Origin: the human T2T-CHM13v2.0 reference genome, Homo sapiens
NCBI RefSeq assembly: GCF_009914755.1
Contig: NC_060940.1
Reading direction: 5' to 3' (one strand)
Length of the DNA: 64,000 nucleotides
A program made the translations under genes and the position numbers. Positions 60,101 through 64,000 of this stretch are shown here, one piece after another; position 1 is the first letter of the stretch, and every line of letters starts with the position of its first letter. The notes below the pieces were generated by a model. That model was not told where the DNA came from. It was given only the letters and a program-made list of their open reading frames with translations, and did not search any database.

Positions 60101-63100
60101 CAATTCCATTCGATGATTCCTTTTGATTCCATTCGATGATGATGGCATTCGATTCCTTTCAATCATTCTCTTTGATTCCATTCAAAGGTGATTTCATTCA
60201 AGTCCATTCGATAATTGCATTCGATTCCATTCTATGATGATTCCATTCGAGTCCATTTGATGATTCCATTCAATTCAAGTCAATGATGATTCCATTCGAT
60301 TCCATTCGATGATTCCATGGGATTCCATTCGATGATGATTCCATTCAAATCCATTCGATAATTCAATTCAAGTCCATTCGATGATGATTCCAATCGAATC
60401 CATTCAAAGATTCCATTCAGTTCCATTCGATGATTCCCTTAGATTCCATTCGATGATTCCACTTGATTGCATTTACGATGATTCCATTCGATTCCATGTG
60501 ATGATTCCATTCAATTCTATTCAATGATGTCTCCATTTGATTCCATTCGACCATGATTGCCTTTGATTCCATTCAATGATTCCATTCGGTTCCGTTTGAT
60601 GATGATTCCGTTCGATTCCATTTGATGATTCCATTTGATTCCATTGGATGAGTCCATTCGATTACATTCGATGATTATTCCATTCGAGTGCATTAGATGA
60701 TTCCATTCGAGTCCATTCGATGATTCCATTCGATTCCATTCGATGTTGATTCTGTTCAAATCCATTCGATGATTCCACTCGATTCCATTCGTTGACTCCA
60801 TTTGATCCCATTCGATGATTTCCTTTGATTCCCTTTGATGATCATTCCATTTGATTCAATTCGGTGATTTCATTTGATTCCATTCAGTGATGTTTCCATT
60901 CGACTCCATTCGATGATGATTCCATTCGACTCCATTCGATTATGATTTCATTCAATTCCATTCGATAATGATTCCCTTCGAGTCCATTCGATGATTCCAT
61001 TCGATTCCATTCAACGATGATTTGATTCGTGTCCATTCGATGATTCCATTTGATTCCACTTGATGATGATTCCATTCGAGTCCATTTGATGATTCCATTC
61101 AATTCCATACTCCGATGATTTCTTTTGAGCCCACTCAATGCTTCCACTCGATTCCATATGATGATGACTCCATTCGATGAAATTCGATGATGATTCCATT
61201 CGCTTGCTTTCGATGATGATTCCACTTGAGTCCGTTAGAAGATTCTATTCAATTACATTCCATGACGATTCCGTTCGAGTCCATTTGATGATTCCATTAG
61301 ACTCCATTCGACGATGATTCCATTCGATGTTATTCGATGATTCCATTCGATCTCATTCGATGATGATTCCATTCAACTCCATTCGATGTTTCCATTCGAG
61401 TTCATTCTATTATTCCATTAGATTCCATTCGATGATGATTCCATTCGATTCCATTTGATGATTGCATTCTATTTCATTTGATGATGATTCCATTCGAGTC
61501 CACTCTATGATTCCATTCGAGTCCATTTAATGAATCCATTGGTTTCAATTCTATGATGATTACATTGGATTCCATTCGTTGATGAATTCATTCGGCTCCA
61601 TTCAATGATGATTCCATTCAATTCCTTTCAATGTTTCCATTCAATTCCATACGATGATGATTCCATTAGATTTGATTCGACAGTGAGCCATTCGATTCAA
61701 TTCCATGATGATTCTATTTGATTCAATTGGTTGACATTTCCATTCGATTCCATTCGATGATGATTCCCTTTGATTCCGTTCAAAGATGATTCCATTCTAG
61801 CCCATTCAATCATTCCATTCGATTCTATTCAATGATGATTCCATTCATGTCGATTTGGTGATTCCATTTGACTTCATTTGATGATGATTCCTTTCAAGTT
61901 CATTAGATGATTCCATTCGATTCCATTTGATGATGATCCCATTCGAGTCCATTCAGTGATTCCATTCGTTTCCATTCCATGATGATTCCATTCCTTTCCA
62001 TTCAATGATTCCATTCGATTCCGTTTGATGATGATTTCATTCGAGTCCATTTGATGATTCCATTTGATTCCATTCGATGATGATTCCATTCGAGTCCATT
62101 CGATGATTCTATTCGAATCCATTTGATGATTTCTTTTGATTATATTTGGTGATGATTCCATTGGAGTCCATTCAATGATTCCATTCGATTCCAATTGATG
62201 ATGATTCCATTAGAGTCCATTTAATGATTCCATTTGATTCCAGTCTCTGATGATTACATTCGAGTCCATACGATGATTCCACTCAATTCCATATGATGAT
62301 GATTCCATTCGATTCCATTCGATGATTCCATTCTATTCTATTCAATGGTGATTCCATTCGAGTACATTAGATGATTCCATTCGATTCCATTCAATGATGA
62401 TTCTATTTGTGTCCCTTAGATGATTCCACATGATTCCATTAGATGATGATACTATTTGAGCCCATCCAATGATTCCCTTCGATTCCATTCGATGAGGATT
62501 CCATTCGATTCAATTCATTGGTGATTCTATTCAATTCAATTCTTTGATTCCATTCCATTCCATTCGACAATGATTCCATTCGATTTCTTTCGATGATTCC
62601 ACTCGATTCCACTTGACATTGATTCCATTCGATTCCATTCAATGATTCCATTTGATTCCAGTGGATGATGATTGCCATCGATTCCATTCGATCACTCCAT
62701 TCTATTCCATTTGATGATGATTACATTCGATTCCATTTGATGATTCCATCTGATTCTATTCGAGGATTCCATTTGATTCCATTCGATGATGATTCCATTC
62801 GAGTCCATTCGATGATTTCATTCGAGTACATCCAATGATTCCATTCGTGTCCATTTGATGATTCCATTTGTTTCCATTTGATTATGATTCTACTAGAGTC
62901 CATTCAATGACTCCATTCGAGTGCATTCAACAATTCCATTCGACTCCATTCGATGATTGCATTCGATTCCATTTGATGATTCCATTCGAGTCCATTTAAT
63001 CATTACAGTCGAGTCCATTTGGTGATTCCACTGGATTTCTTTTGATAATGATACCATTCCATTACATTTGATGATGATCCCATTCAATTTCATTTGATGA

Positions 63101-63368
63101 TGATTCCCTTAGAGTCCATTCGATGATTTCATTCGAGTCCTTTCATTGATTCCATCCGATTTCATTTGATGATGACTCCATTCGAGTCCATTCGATGATT
63201 CCACTCGATTCCATTAGATGATTCCATTGGAGTCCATTTCATTGTTCCATTCGATTCCATTCGATTCCTTTCGAAGATTATTCCATTTGAGTCCATTCGA
63301 TGATGATTACATTCCATTCCATTCGATGATTCCATTTGATTCCATTTGATGATTCCCTTCGATTCCTT
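51145..63368 (+). repeat. Two full-length 6112-bp units (U10 51145-57256, U11 57257-63368)
   Basis: ORF pairs are spaced 6112 bp (52343/58455, 53342/59454, 57050/63162). The two units share private GAATTC (55472, 61584) and CCATGG (54203, 60315) sites. Confidence 0.95.
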
Positions 63369-64000
63369 TCTTTGATGACTGCATTCCATTCCATTCAATG
63401 TTTCCATTCGAATCTATTCCATGATGATTCCTTTCGATTCCATTCGCTGATGTTTCCGTTCAATTCCATTCGATGATGATTCCATTCGATTCCATTCATT
63501 GAGGATTCCATTTGATTCCATTCAATGATGATTCCGTTCTATTCCATTCAATGATTGCATTCAATTCCATTCAATGATTATCCCATTAGAGTAAACTCAA
63601 CGATTCCATTCAATACCATTCGATGATGATTCCTTTTGAGTTCATTCAATGATTTCATTCAAGTCCATTTGATGATTCCTTTCAATTCCATTCTATGATG
63701 ATTCCATTCGAGTCCATTCGATGATTCCATTCGATTGCATTCCATGATTCCATTATATTCCATTCAACGGTGATTCCATTCGAGTCCATTCGATGATTCC
63801 ATTAGAGTACATTTAATGATTGCTTTGTTTTCAATTCGAAGATGATTACATTCGATTCCATTCTATGATACCATTCGATTCCATTCAATGATGATTCCAC
63901 TCAAATCCATTGGATGATTCCATTCGTGTCCATTCGGTGATTTCATTAGATTCCATTCCAGGATGATTCCTTTCGATTCCATTCGATGATTCCATTCAAT
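63369..64000 (+). repeat. Partial unit U12, truncated by the window edge
   Basis: It is in phase with positions 1-632. The landmarks GAGTAAACTCAA (~63589) and GATTGCTTTGTTTTCAATTCGAAG (~63818) are present. Confidence 0.9.

Larger units (their letters stand above)
1..64000 (+). repeat. Human satellite II (HSat2/HSATII) pericentromeric tandem array, CATTC strand on +; probably the HSat2B subfamily (~6.1-kb unit, chr16q11.2-like)
   Basis: Continuous diverged (CATTC)n with CATTCGATTC, CATTCGAGTC and GATGATGATTC motifs in 23/26-bp units, with dense TCGA and GANTC sites. This is diagnostic of HSat2 rather than HSat3, which is mostly pure CATTC runs. The subfamily and chromosome call rests only on the 6112-bp period and recalled literature (confidence about 0.7). 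Confidence 0.98.

Noticed and set aside
495-63407. Many 60-132 aa minus-strand ORFs with MESSNGIEWNHR-like repeats
   Set aside because: They are translations of the GAATG strand, which is ATG-rich and stop-poor, while the + strand is full of TGA. They overlap in several frames, recur with the satellite period and are freely broken by SNPs and indels. There is no evidence of coding function.
1-64000. CRISPR-like array of 23-26-bp repeats
   Set aside because: The repeats are head-to-tail with no unique spacers, leader or cas genes. This is eukaryotic satellite DNA.
1-64000. Embedded mobile element, inversion or non-satellite island
   Set aside because: I saw no Alu/L1/LTR sequence, poly-A tail or switch to GAATG on the + strand, and all unit spacings are fully accounted for by the listed indels.
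1-64000. Active centromere core (alpha satellite, CENP-B boxes)
   Set aside because: No 171-bp monomers or CENP-B box were seen, and HSat2 is pericentromeric.

Overview
The whole 64 kb window is one uninterrupted, single-orientation array of classical human satellite II (HSat2/HSATII). It is built from diverged CATTC pentamers arranged as 23/26-bp CATTCGATTCCATTCGAT(GAT)GATTC-type units, with a multi-kb nested tandem repeat on top. I found no genes, RNA genes, transposons, CRISPR arrays or inversions, and every ORF in the track is an incidental minus-strand read-through of the repeat. A once-per-unit anchor (CGTACG at 2413, 7353, 12297, 17180, 23242, 29304, 35366, 41428, 47490, 53601, 59713) gives spacings of 4940, 4944, 4883, 6062 x5, 6111 and 6112 bp. 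A ~6.1-kb unit matches my recollection of the HSat2B array of human 16q11.2, but that is unverified here. Every spacing can be reconciled exactly to a 6112-bp parent unit by identifiable indels. The most unusual signal is three consecutive unit junctions that each carry a different microhomology-bounded deletion of nearly the same size (1148, 1164, 1180 bp), with staggered breakpoints that all remove one shared ~470-bp core. The rest of the window records recent satellite turnover: a homogeneous 6062-bp expansion, mosaic haplotypes and a repeated family junction. I do not see evidence of a new gene-encoded system. All alignments were done by eye plus ORF-coordinate arithmetic.
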